A stretch of DNA of 64,000 nucleotides, taken from the IMG/VR virus record IMGVR_UViG_3300027782_003601, positions 1 to 64,000 of that record; one strand, 5' to 3'. Source of the DNA: a virus. Every line of letters begins with the position of its first letter. The stretch's first letter is position 1. A program made the translations under genes and the position numbers. Below are positions 10,608 to 17,864 of the stretch, one piece after another. The notes below the pieces were generated by a model. That model ran no database searches and was not told where the DNA came from. It saw only the letters and a program-made list of their open reading frames with translations.

Positions 10608-11360
10608 ATGATTAAATTAAAAGACTTATTAAATCCATCAATATTAAACGAAGGAGTTGATGACCCTGGTATTCTTAAATGTGTATTTTTAGCAGGAGGA
10701 CCTGGTAGTGGTAAATCCAAAGTAGCGGGTGATTTATTTGGTATTCAAGGTATCACATCATTTTCAGCATCTGGATTTAAATTAATAAATTCCGATACTG
10801 CGTTTGAAGCACAATTGAGAAAGAGTGGTATTGACCCGAAAGATTTAGGTAAAATTGAAAAAGAGAATCCTGAATTGTGGAAAGCTATTACGGAAGACCC
10901 AAATGGACAAAGAGAACAAGGTAAAAAAATCACAAAAGCTCAGAAAGCATTTTATGAAGAAGGTAGATTGGGTATGATTGTAGATGGAACTGGTGATGAT
11001 ACTGCTAAAATCAAAAAACAAAAAGAACACGCAGAATCATTAGGATATGATACTTATATGGTTTTTGTAAATACATCATTGGAAGTTGCACAATTTCGTA
11101 ACTCAAAAAGAAGTAGAACTTTGCCAGAAGATTTAGTTACCCAAATTTGGAAAGAATGTCAGCATAATTTAGGAGCATTTCAAACTATGTTTAGTGGTAA
11201 TTTTCGTATTATTGATAATACAAAAGATGGTAACAACATAACAAAAGATATTCAAAAAGCAGTTGATGGATTTATTAGAGAAAGATTATACAATCCAATT
11301 GGTAAACAATGGATAACAACTGCAAGAGCATTGAAAAACGCAAATTTAATTAAAAAATAA
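10608..11360 (+). CDS. Zeta-toxin/AAA_33-like P-loop kinase with MIKLK leader
   Basis: LAGGPGSGKS Walker A, INSD, IVDGTG, R..KR.R lid. Confidence 0.8.
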   Translation: MIKLKDLLNPSILNEGVDDPGILKCVFLAGGPGSGKSKVAGDLFGIQGITSFSASGFKLINSDTAFEAQLRKSGIDPKDLGKIEKENPELWKAITEDPNGQREQGKKITKAQKAFYEEGRLGMIVDGTGDDTAKIKKQKEHAESLGYDTYMVFVNTSLEVAQFRNSKRSRTLPEDLVTQIWKECQHNLGAFQTMFSGNFRIIDNTKDGNNITKDIQKAVDGFIRERLYNPIGKQWITTARALKNANLIKK

Positions 11361-12097
11361 TGAAAGCAGGTAGATACGATTTAGATGAGGCATCTATGGG
11401 TAGAATATACCAGCATGTAGTTTCTAATCCTAATATGAAAAGTTGGGGAATAGTAACTGCAAGTAGAGGTAAACTAACACCTGCTGAAAACAAACAAAGA
11501 AATAAAGAGTTAGAAAACGATTTGCGTAAATTAGGTCTTGGATTTATACACGTAGATGGTATGTGGAGAGAATGTAAAGACCAAAGTATTGATTATAGTA
11601 AATGTCCGGATAATATGAAAGTACCAACGGAAGAAAAATCATACTTTGTTCCAAATGTATCCAAAAAAGATATTAATAAATTAGGTAACAAATACCAACA
11701 AGATAGTGTATTATTTGCAGATGGTGAAACAAAGGAAAAAGGTGAAGCAACTTATATTAGTGCTAACGGAAGTGAGTTCAATATAGGTAACTTTACACCT
11801 GATAAAATTTCACAGGGTTATTCTAAAATGAAAGGTGGTAAAGTATTTACTTTTTTAGAACCAGGAGATAAAGGAGAAACCCCAAAAGAAAAACCTAAAA
11901 AGGAAGAACCTAAAAAACAAGAACCCCAATCTACTGATATGAAATTAAAATCATTAGTACCAAAAGGAATTCTTGATAAAATGGTTAAGAATCCGGAAAC
12001 AGGAAATATGATTAAATTGAAATCAGCATTAAAAAAAGATAAAACATCATCTGTATATAAAACTGCAGTTGGTGTGGTAAAACAATCAAAAAAATAA
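11360..12097 (+). CDS. T3 gp0.3-like S-adenosylmethionine lyase homologue
   Basis: VTASR, EN..R, GMWRE, PTEEKS and QQDSVL align by eye with T3 SAMase motifs as recalled (VSAFR, GCYRE, PTEEKT, EQDCVL). Confidence 0.65.
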   Translation: MKAGRYDLDEASMGRIYQHVVSNPNMKSWGIVTASRGKLTPAENKQRNKELENDLRKLGLGFIHVDGMWRECKDQSIDYSKCPDNMKVPTEEKSYFVPNVSKKDINKLGNKYQQDSVLFADGETKEKGEATYISANGSEFNIGNFTPDKISQGYSKMKGGKVFTFLEPGDKGETPKEKPKKEEPKKQEPQSTDMKLKSLVPKGILDKMVKNPETGNMIKLKSALKKDKTSSVYKTAVGVVKQSKK

Positions 12098-12135
12098 AAA
12101 GTTATATATTTAATATTATAATCAAACAAAATAAA

Positions 12136-12588
12136 ATGAAAAAATTATCGTTTATAGTAGCTTTGATGCTTGGAGTAAGTATCTCTGCAAGTGCACAAGA
12201 ATGGTTTTTAACTGCTACGCGTAAGGGTGGACCATCCGATGGATATATTACAGGTGGATTTATGAAAAAAGGATGGGGATTTTATGCAGGATTACCATAC
12301 GATGAAGTTAAATCTGCAAATTCAAGTGGTATTGCAATTCCTCCTGGAGTTAATACATCTACGGGAACTATTTCACCTAATATGAAGTTTGGTGTTTTAC
12401 GTCAGTTAAAAGAGGATAAAGCAATTTTAGGATTTGGTATTCAACCAACATCTGCTGGAAACAAACCAAATGCATTTTTAATGTATAATCCATTAAGACC
12501 ATCAAATGTTTTAAATTTATGGACAATTGGTAATTTAGTAGGTAGTGATTTTACATTAGGATTAGGACTTTCGTATAAGTTAAAATAA
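12136..12588 (+). CDS. Exported beta-rich protein, possible small outer-membrane barrel
   Basis: Signal peptide ASA|Q; C-terminal LGLGLSYKLK strand. Confidence 0.65.
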   Translation: MKKLSFIVALMLGVSISASAQEWFLTATRKGGPSDGYITGGFMKKGWGFYAGLPYDEVKSANSSGIAIPPGVNTSTGTISPNMKFGVLRQLKEDKAILGFGIQPTSAGNKPNAFLMYNPLRPSNVLNLWTIGNLVGSDFTLGLGLSYKLK

Positions 12589-12974
12589 GGGGATGACTGG
12601 TTTTGACAGGAATCTTAATAAGTATAGTTGATGCAAGCAAGGTTAGATGGAAACCTTTGAAGACCTATCAAACAATAAGTGCAAACGTAGAATTATCTAC
12701 TATGACTTTCGGAGATGCTATGGCATGGATGAATTCATTTGATTACGCAGTAGCTGCCTAATCTTTCCCGTATCACTCATGGGATTTAAAAAGAAGTGAA
12801 CAGAAGTGAGGTCTCGTTTGAGGTTCTACCTATTAAAGTGAACCTCCCACAGTTGAGAGTGATAATGGCAAAATAGAAACTCTATATTTTTTCAGTTTAG
12901 AAAAATTGAATAAGCTTGTGAATGAAACATATTGGTTAATTCTTTGGACTTGGGTTCGAATCCCAACATCTCCA
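12589..12974 (+). ncRNA. ssrA: tmRNA
   Basis: 5' GGGGATG pairs with 3' CATCTCC-A including G3:U70; GAC after D-like loop; T arm GGGTTCGAATCCC; tag ORF 12681-12761 ending YAVAA*. Confidence 0.93.
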
Positions 12975-13155
12975 CAAAAAAAAATATTAGAAAAGACTTG
13001 ACATTGTTAAAAACTTTTCGTATATTTGTAATGTTGTTCAGAAGTAGGAAGCATAGATGGTGTAAGTAAACATAGCTGAAAATGTTCAACAAAAAAAATA
13101 TTAGAAAAGACTTGACATTGTTAAAAACTTTTCGTATATTTGTATCATAATAAAT

Positions 13156-13228
13156 CGCGGGGAGGATGTTGGTTTTCCCACCGGTCTCATAAGCCAGGTC
13201 TACGATAGTTCGATTCTATCTCCCGCAA
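13156..13228 (+). tRNA. tRNA-fMet(CAT), initiator-like
   Basis: C1:A72 mismatch, CGCGGGG acceptor, CTCATAA loop, GTTCGATT. Confidence 0.8.
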
Positions 13229-13292
13229 CTAAAAAGTTTTTGAAAAAAGACTTGGATATATGAAAAAAGTTTCGTATATTTGTAAAACCTTT

Positions 13293-13384
13293 AGGAATGA
13301 TTGTTGAAGCCAACATCTAATAAAACCGAATGTGTGAAGCCCAACCATAAGTGGTAAGCTATAAAGCCGGAAACAATCAATCTT
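13293..13384 (+). ncRNA. Putative small RNA with terminal stem and its own promoter
   Basis: TGATTGTT/AACAATCA closure; no ORF; lies between two promoters. Confidence 0.5.
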
Positions 13385-13540
13385 AAAAAAAATATTAGAA
13401 AAGACTTGACAATATCAAAAACTTTTCGTATATTTGTTAAACAATTTGAGACCAAAAGGTGATGAAAGATACTCGGTCAAATCAAATGAAAAACGTTCTT
13501 TAAAATATAAACACATAGTAGACTTGTTCTACATAGTGTA

Positions 13541-14338
13541 CATCGGCCGCATATGGTCGTTAAATAAACTACGAAAGTAGGATAAAGTGAACCATTTGGT
13601 TAAGTGGTTTGCGACTTCGTAAGGAGTTCGAGTATGCAAGTGGAATATCATTAGACCTGTGTAGTGAGGGTAACTCCGTAGCGAAATGGTTGAATGACTG
13701 GGCTAAGTAGAAGTTCAGTTGAGGTAGGAATACCAATAAGAATAATCCATAGAGTTAATGCAAGAAGTAAGAACTTAATCTCTTCTTATCATTGCGTGAT
13801 TCAATATTAAAGGTTGCTTAAAACCGAAAGGTATGATGAAGTACGAGTGGTGTCGTTATCATCCTTACCTACATCTCACCAAAGAGTGGGTAGTGAAGTA
13901 ATCTTAAAATATGGTGTTAGAGATAACACATTGAGTAGTTCAGTATTCTGTTGTTCAAAAGATAACGGAGCAGGTTGGCGAACCACTACTTGAAACTATC
14001 TACAAACCAAAACTCAATTTGCTATACGGTGCAAACTTAAACAAAAAGAGCAAAAGTGTTCGCCAGTTGCAAACGAAAGGTGCGTACATAGTAGGGAGAT
14101 GTTCCCTGCCACGATACCTCCGCAAGAGGTCTGTGATTCTTTCTAAAAGCTTCTAACACCGCAAGTGTGAATCTGTTCGGCAGAATAGAAGAAGTAGAGT
14201 AAAAAGAGAGTAGTTTGTAACTCAAAGAGTGGTTCACTTAAATAACCCGCATTGAATCATTACTATCCAAAAGATGGTGGAAACGTTGGGAAACAATAAT
14301 CCAACAAAAGATGGTTCGTTTATGGAGTATTCTCATCC
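13541..14338 (+). ncRNA. Large structured ncRNA, GOLLD-like (~800 nt)
   Basis: ORF-free and GC-enriched; several GNRA/GCAA hairpins; long-range pairs AAGTGAACCA/TGGTTCACTT and GTTGCAAAC/GTTTGTAAC; adjacent to phage tRNAs. Confidence 0.7.
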
Positions 14339-14351
14339 ATATCTTTTATAA

Positions 14352-14425
14352 GCGAGATTGGTGTAATGGTAGCACGCTGGCCGTCCAGGTCGGAGGAGGG
14401 GGTTCAATTCCTTTGTTTCGCTCCA
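14352..14425 (+). tRNA. Atypical tRNA-Gly(TCC) with G33/G38
   Basis: GCG acceptor, U73, encoded CCA; loop CGTCCAG. Confidence 0.75.
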
Positions 14426-14428
14426 TAA

Positions 14429-14499
14429 GCGGAATTAGTGTAATGGTAGCACAGCAGCCGTCCAGGTTGCAAGTTGGAGTTCGATTCTCTGGTCCCGCT
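14429..14499 (+). tRNA. Atypical tRNA-Gly(TCC) with G33/G38, second copy
   Basis: GCG acceptor, U73; loop CGTCCAG. Confidence 0.75.
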
Positions 14500-14501
14500 C
14501 T

Positions 14502-14524
14502 AAGTAATTAAATTACTTTTTTTT
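14502..14524 (+). terminator. Weak intrinsic terminator
   Basis: AAGTAATT/AATTACTT hairpin plus T-tract. Confidence 0.45.
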
Positions 14525-14570
14525 AACCAAAAATAAAAAAATTACATATATATTATTAAATAACAAAGAA

Positions 14571-14702
14571 ATGAAAACTTTTAACCTACATACGATTAGT
14601 TATCAACCGATGCCAACTTTGGCGTGGGGAGGCACAAATGTGTGTGATTTTAATTCAAAGAGAATTGAAATGCAGTTAGGGGCAAACATAATTTTAGAAT
14701 AA
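14571..14702 (+). CDS. Putative leader peptide (43 aa) containing all 20 amino acids
   Basis: MKTFNLHTISYQPMPTLAWGGTNVCDFNSKRIEMQLGANIILE*; A-rich start context; carries antiterminator arm at 14674-14682. Confidence 0.8.
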   Translation: MKTFNLHTISYQPMPTLAWGGTNVCDFNSKRIEMQLGANIILE

Positions 14703-14727
14703 ACAAACTAAAATATAGTAATGTAAC

Positions 14728-14764
14728 AAACCCCTAACTTAATCAGTTAGGGGTTTTTTGTTTT
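14728..14764 (+). terminator. Intrinsic terminator (attenuator) directly before the tRNA array
   Basis: AAACCCCTAACT-taatc-AGTTAGGGGTTT plus TTTGTTTT. Confidence 0.85.
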
Positions 14765-14766
14765 AA

Positions 14767-14838
14767 GTTGATGTAGCTCAGAGGCAGAGCGGGAACCTGT
14801 TAAGTTCTAGGTCGGGATATCGTAATTCTCCATCAACG
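14767..14838 (+). tRNA. tRNA-Asn(GTT), atypical T loop
   Basis: GTTGATG/CATCAAC; CTGTTAA loop; T loop ATCGTAA. Confidence 0.8.
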
Positions 14839-14846
14839 CAAGTAGA

Positions 14847-14859
14847 GTTCTTTGACATA
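14847..14859 (+). promoter_or_regulatory. boxA-like antitermination site
   Basis: GTTCTTTGACATA; variants at 13495 and 16735. Confidence 0.55.
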
Positions 14860-14860
14860 A

Positions 14861-14932
14861 GCAGGTATAGCACAACGGTTAGTGCTCTGGTCTTCCAAAC
14901 CGGAGATTTCGGTTCGAATCCGAATACCTGCT
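14861..14932 (+). tRNA. tRNA-Gly(TCC)
   Basis: Cloverleaf, CTTCCAA loop. Confidence 0.9.
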
Positions 14933-14937
14933 CATAT

Positions 14938-15012
14938 TGCCCGATGGTGTAATGGTTAGCATAACAGATTTTGATTCTGTTTGTATAGGTTCGAATCCTA
15001 TTCGGGCATCCA
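14938..15012 (+). tRNA. tRNA-Gln(TTG)
   Basis: Cloverleaf, TTTTGAT loop, CCA. Confidence 0.9.
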
Positions 15013-15015
15013 CAT

Positions 15016-15089
15016 AGAAGATTAGCTCAGTTGGTTAGAGCATTTGGTTTACATCCAAAGGGTCATAGGTTCGAATCCTATATTTTCTA
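15016..15089 (+). tRNA. tRNA-Val(TAC)
   Basis: Cloverleaf, TTTACAT loop. Confidence 0.9.
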
Positions 15090-15094
15090 CATTT

Positions 15095-15178
15095 GGGAGT
15101 TATGCACGAATTGGTTAGGCGTTAGACTGTAAATCTGGTAATCCGCATGGATAGGTGGTTCGAATCCATCAACTCTCA
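15095..15178 (+). tRNA. tRNA-Tyr(GTA)
   Basis: CTGTAAA loop, long variable arm. Confidence 0.88.
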
Positions 15179-15183
15179 CAATT

Positions 15184-15256
15184 GGAAATGTAGCTCAGCA
15201 GGTAGAGCACTAGACTGAAGATTTAGGTGTCGGTGGTTCGAACCCACCCGTTTCCA
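15184..15256 (+). tRNA. tRNA-Phe(GAA)
   Basis: CTGAAGA loop. Confidence 0.9.
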
Positions 15257-15315
15257 CATTTTTTAACAATTTAAACAATTTATACTATGGAAAGTGACAA
15301 GTATGATAAACAAAA

Positions 15316-15389
15316 GACTTCGTAGCTCAGTTGGTTAGAGCACCTCACTTTTAATGAGGGAGTCGTGAGTTCGAGTCTCACCGGGGTCA
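15316..15389 (+). tRNA. tRNA-Lys(TTT)
   Basis: CTTTTAA loop. Confidence 0.92.
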
Positions 15390-15395
15390 CAATAT

Positions 15396-15471
15396 AGGGT
15401 AGTAGAGGAGTTAGGTTTATCTCGCTTCGTTTGGGACGAAGAGCACACAGGTTCGAATCCTGTTTACCCTA
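15396..15471 (+). tRNA. tRNA-Pro(TGG)
   Basis: TTTGGGA loop. Confidence 0.88.
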
Positions 15472-15476
15472 CACAT

Positions 15477-15550
15477 AGGAATATAGCTCAACTGGTTAGA
15501 GCATTTGCCTGATACGCAGAAGGTTGTAGATTCGAGTTCTACTATTCCTA
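15477..15550 (+). tRNA. tRNA-Ile(GAT)
   Basis: CTGATAC loop. Confidence 0.88.
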
Positions 15551-15553
15551 CAT

Positions 15554-15624
15554 ATCTCTTTGGTGCAATGGTAGCATAACGGATTCCAAACCCGTAGATG
15601 AAAGTTCGAATCTTTCAGGGGGTG
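15554..15624 (+). tRNA. tRNA-Trp(CCA)
   Basis: TTCCAAA loop, G73. Confidence 0.85.
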
Positions 15625-15630
15625 CATAAT

Positions 15631-15702
15631 AGTTCCGTAGTTTAACGGATAAAATGATTGGCTACGAACCAATTGATGGGAGTTCGATTCTCTCCGGAAC
15701 TA
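15631..15702 (+). tRNA. tRNA-Arg(ACG)
   Basis: CTACGAA loop. Confidence 0.9.
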
Positions 15703-15703
15703 C

Positions 15704-15812
15704 AAAAACACAATGCTGGGTTTCCTAATAGTAACGGCGTGAACATATGTAAGTAAACTATAAGATTCTAGTAATAAGTGGAAGATGGATTCCCCACGGC
15801 TAAAGTGTTTTT
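15704..15812 (+). ncRNA. Stem-closed spacer RNA
   Basis: AAAAACAC/GTGTTTTT closure between two tRNAs. Confidence 0.5.
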
Positions 15813-15817
15813 TAATT

Positions 15818-15890
15818 GTCAGGTTGGCCGAGATGGTTTAGGTGGTGTTCTGCAAAAGCATTTACGTTGGTTCGAATCCAACACTTGACT
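15818..15890 (+). tRNA. tRNA-Cys(GCA)
   Basis: CTGCAAA loop, U73. Confidence 0.88.
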
Positions 15891-15895
15891 CAGAT

Positions 15896-15965
15896 TGCGT
15901 GACTTAGTGGAAAAGAACTTTCTCTCATAAGGAAGGTCAATTGAGTTCGAACCTCAAACACGCAA
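15896..15965 (+). tRNA. tRNA-Met(CAT), short D arm
   Basis: TGCGTG/CACGCA; CTCATAA loop; GTTCGAA. Confidence 0.7.
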
Positions 15966-15974
15966 CGATTATAT

Positions 15975-16048
15975 GGTGTTTATAGTGTTAATGGTTAGCA
16001 CGTCAGTTTGTGGTACTGATAGTATGGGTTCGAATCCCATTAAACACC
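15975..16048 (+). tRNA. tRNA-His(GTG)
   Basis: G-1:C73; TTGTGGT loop. Confidence 0.9.
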
Positions 16049-16055
16049 CCCAACT

Positions 16056-16128
16056 GTCCGTATGGTGGAATGGAAGACACGGTGGTCTTAGAAACCACTT
16101 TTTGCAGGTTCGAGTCCTGCTATGGATA
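16056..16128 (+). tRNA. tRNA-Leu(TAG) lacking the long variable arm
   Basis: CTTAGAA loop; Leu-type D arm; variable region only TTTTT. Confidence 0.82.
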
Positions 16129-16144
16129 CTTAAATTTGAATACT

Positions 16145-16600
16145 ATGATTTACAAAAGATTGAGTGATGGTAGTAAAGTTCAGTTAGATGAGTATATTAA
16201 AAAATATATGACTCAATACGAAGATGTGGATATCCTTATAGGTTGTGATTCACAGAACTTTGCAAGAGGAACGGTATATGCTATTGTAGTTGCATTATAC
16301 AGACCTGGCAAAGGTGCTCATGTTCTATTTAACAGATGGACTGCACCAAAAGAATACACTCGTTCTATCAGATTGTTAAACGAAGTATGGTATGCAATTG
16401 AAGTTGCTGAAAAGTTAAGAGAATCAGATGTACCAAAAGTAAAATGGATTGATGTAGACTTGAATCCAGACCCGAGATATAAATCAAATGAAGTGTTTAG
16501 ACAAGCAGTTGGTATGGTTGAAGGTATGGGTTATCAGGTTAGATACAAAACATTAGGTCCGATTGCAACTTATGCAGCAGACCATTTAGTAAAAATGTAA
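16145..16600 (+). CDS. RNase H-like YkuK (DUF458) family protein
   Basis: IGCDSQ, RLLNE, IDVDLN...KSN, YAAD; ATG 16145. Confidence 0.8.
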   Translation: MIYKRLSDGSKVQLDEYIKKYMTQYEDVDILIGCDSQNFARGTVYAIVVALYRPGKGAHVLFNRWTAPKEYTRSIRLLNEVWYAIEVAEKLRESDVPKVKWIDVDLNPDPRYKSNEVFRQAVGMVEGMGYQVRYKTLGPIATYAADHLVKM

Positions 16601-16762
16601 AATAATGTTAGGATATATTAAAGTTTTTTTGTATATTTGTTAAACAAAATCGGTAAAAGTATTGATTTTAAATGTAAAAAATAAAATTCAGAAAAGACTT
16701 GATTTTATCAAAAAGTTTTTGTATATTTGTATAAGTTCATTGAAATAGTGGTGATTAAAAAT

Positions 16763-16836
16763 GCTCCGTTCGTCTAATTGGTTAGGACATCCGCCTTTCA
16801 CGTGGAAGCTTACGGGTTCGAGTCCCGTACGGAGTA
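16763..16836 (+). tRNA. tRNA-Glu(TTC)
   Basis: CTTTCAC loop. Confidence 0.92.
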
Positions 16837-16838
16837 CA

Positions 16839-17029
16839 ATGTATCAAATGTGCAGTGAAAGTTAATGTAGGCATACATTAATGAGGTGGGTTCGAGTCCC
16901 GTATAATAATTCCCATCTGTAAAAAGAAGGGGGAAGCCAAGTAACTGATAACACATTATAGCCGGAGGGTTGTGCACCTTGTCTAAGAGACCCTAATAGT
17001 TCCTAATAGCTGGTATGGAACTGATACAT
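16839..17029 (+). ncRNA. Stem-closed spacer RNA containing a T-arm-like hairpin
   Basis: ATGTATCA/TGATACAT closure; GGGTTCGAGTCCC inside. Confidence 0.5.
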
Positions 17030-17033
17030 ATTT

Positions 17034-17105
17034 GCTCTCAAAGCATTGCAGGCGATGCACTTGACTTGTAATCAAGATAATTCGGTTCGATTCCGGATGA
17101 GAGCT
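17034..17105 (+). tRNA. tRNA-Thr(TGT)
   Basis: CTTGTAA loop. Confidence 0.9.
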
Positions 17106-17130
17106 CTTGGTACTTTTTTGTACCAACAAC

Positions 17131-17315
17131 AAAACAAACGAAGACTGAGGTGTAACCCCTCGGTATATAAAATCCAAAATGGTCCTGTTGAAGCCGGAAT
17201 AGTCATACAGGTCAGGAGAGAGTTACTATAAGTGGGGAGTAATTAACCCAATACGAAATGTAACCGCCAATGAAAATTGGTTATGATGTGTATAAGGACA
17301 CAATAAGTTTGTTTT
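17131..17315 (+). ncRNA. Stem-closed spacer RNA
   Basis: AAAACAAAC/GTTTGTTTT closure with internal hairpins. Confidence 0.5.
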
Positions 17316-17320
17316 ATTTA

Positions 17321-17381
17321 TGATTACTGAAATTGAATGATACGAGCCCCGAAAGTTCGAAATGAGTCAAATCAGTAATCA
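17321..17381 (+). ncRNA. Stem-closed spacer RNA
   Basis: TGATTACTGA/TCAGTAATCA 10-bp closure. Confidence 0.5.
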
Positions 17382-17386
17382 AATTT

Positions 17387-17459
17387 GGTTCATTGGTTGA
17401 ATGGTCACAATACCACCCTGTCACGGTGTGTGGTACGGGTTCGAATCCCGTATGAACCG
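17387..17459 (+). tRNA. tRNA-Asp(GTC)
   Basis: CTGTCAC loop, G73. Confidence 0.9.
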
Positions 17460-17486
17460 CAATAGTTTAATTTAAATAAATAAAAA

Positions 17487-17852
17487 ATGAAAGAAGTAGG
17501 ATTAAGCATTATGTTATTTTTCAACACTTTATTAGGTGGTGTAGACCCTGCATTATCAAATGAAAGAGATGCTATTGCAAACATTAAAAAAGAAATTAAA
17601 GTTTTGCAAAGAGAAATTGAATGGGAATCTGTAACAATAACAGATTACGCAACCCGTTGGGTAAAGATTAAAAAGATTAATGATAAGATTGACAACCTTA
17701 AAAATCAGATTAAAACAATTGAGGTTCGTGCTAAACTAAAAGAAAAGTGGGCAGCAGAAGATTCATTGGAAATTATTAAACAATATCCACCAATTGAATT
17801 GAAATTAGAGAAAACATCCGAAAGTAAAGATGATAAATCTATTAATATTTAA
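17487..17852 (+). CDS. Hypothetical coiled-coil protein with N-terminal hydrophobic segment
   Basis: ORF track. Confidence 0.7.
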   Translation: MKEVGLSIMLFFNTLLGGVDPALSNERDAIANIKKEIKVLQREIEWESVTITDYATRWVKIKKINDKIDNLKNQIKTIEVRAKLKEKWAAEDSLEIIKQYPPIELKLEKTSESKDDKSINI

Positions 17853-17864
17853 GTTATATAAAAT

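Noticed and set aside
13541-14338. RNase P RNA, rRNA fragment or group I/II intron
   Set aside because: No RNase P GAGGAAAGUCC, no recognisable intron core or interrupted gene, and no rRNA signature.
16878-16900. Additional tRNA at GGGTTCGAGTCCC
   Set aside because: No matching acceptor stem or cloverleaf; treated as part of a spacer RNA.
12892-17231. ORF-track entries 12892, 14037, 14311, 15973, 16983, 17046 and the 5' extension from 16010
   Set aside because: They overlap tmRNA, the large ncRNA or tRNAs and have no coding signature.
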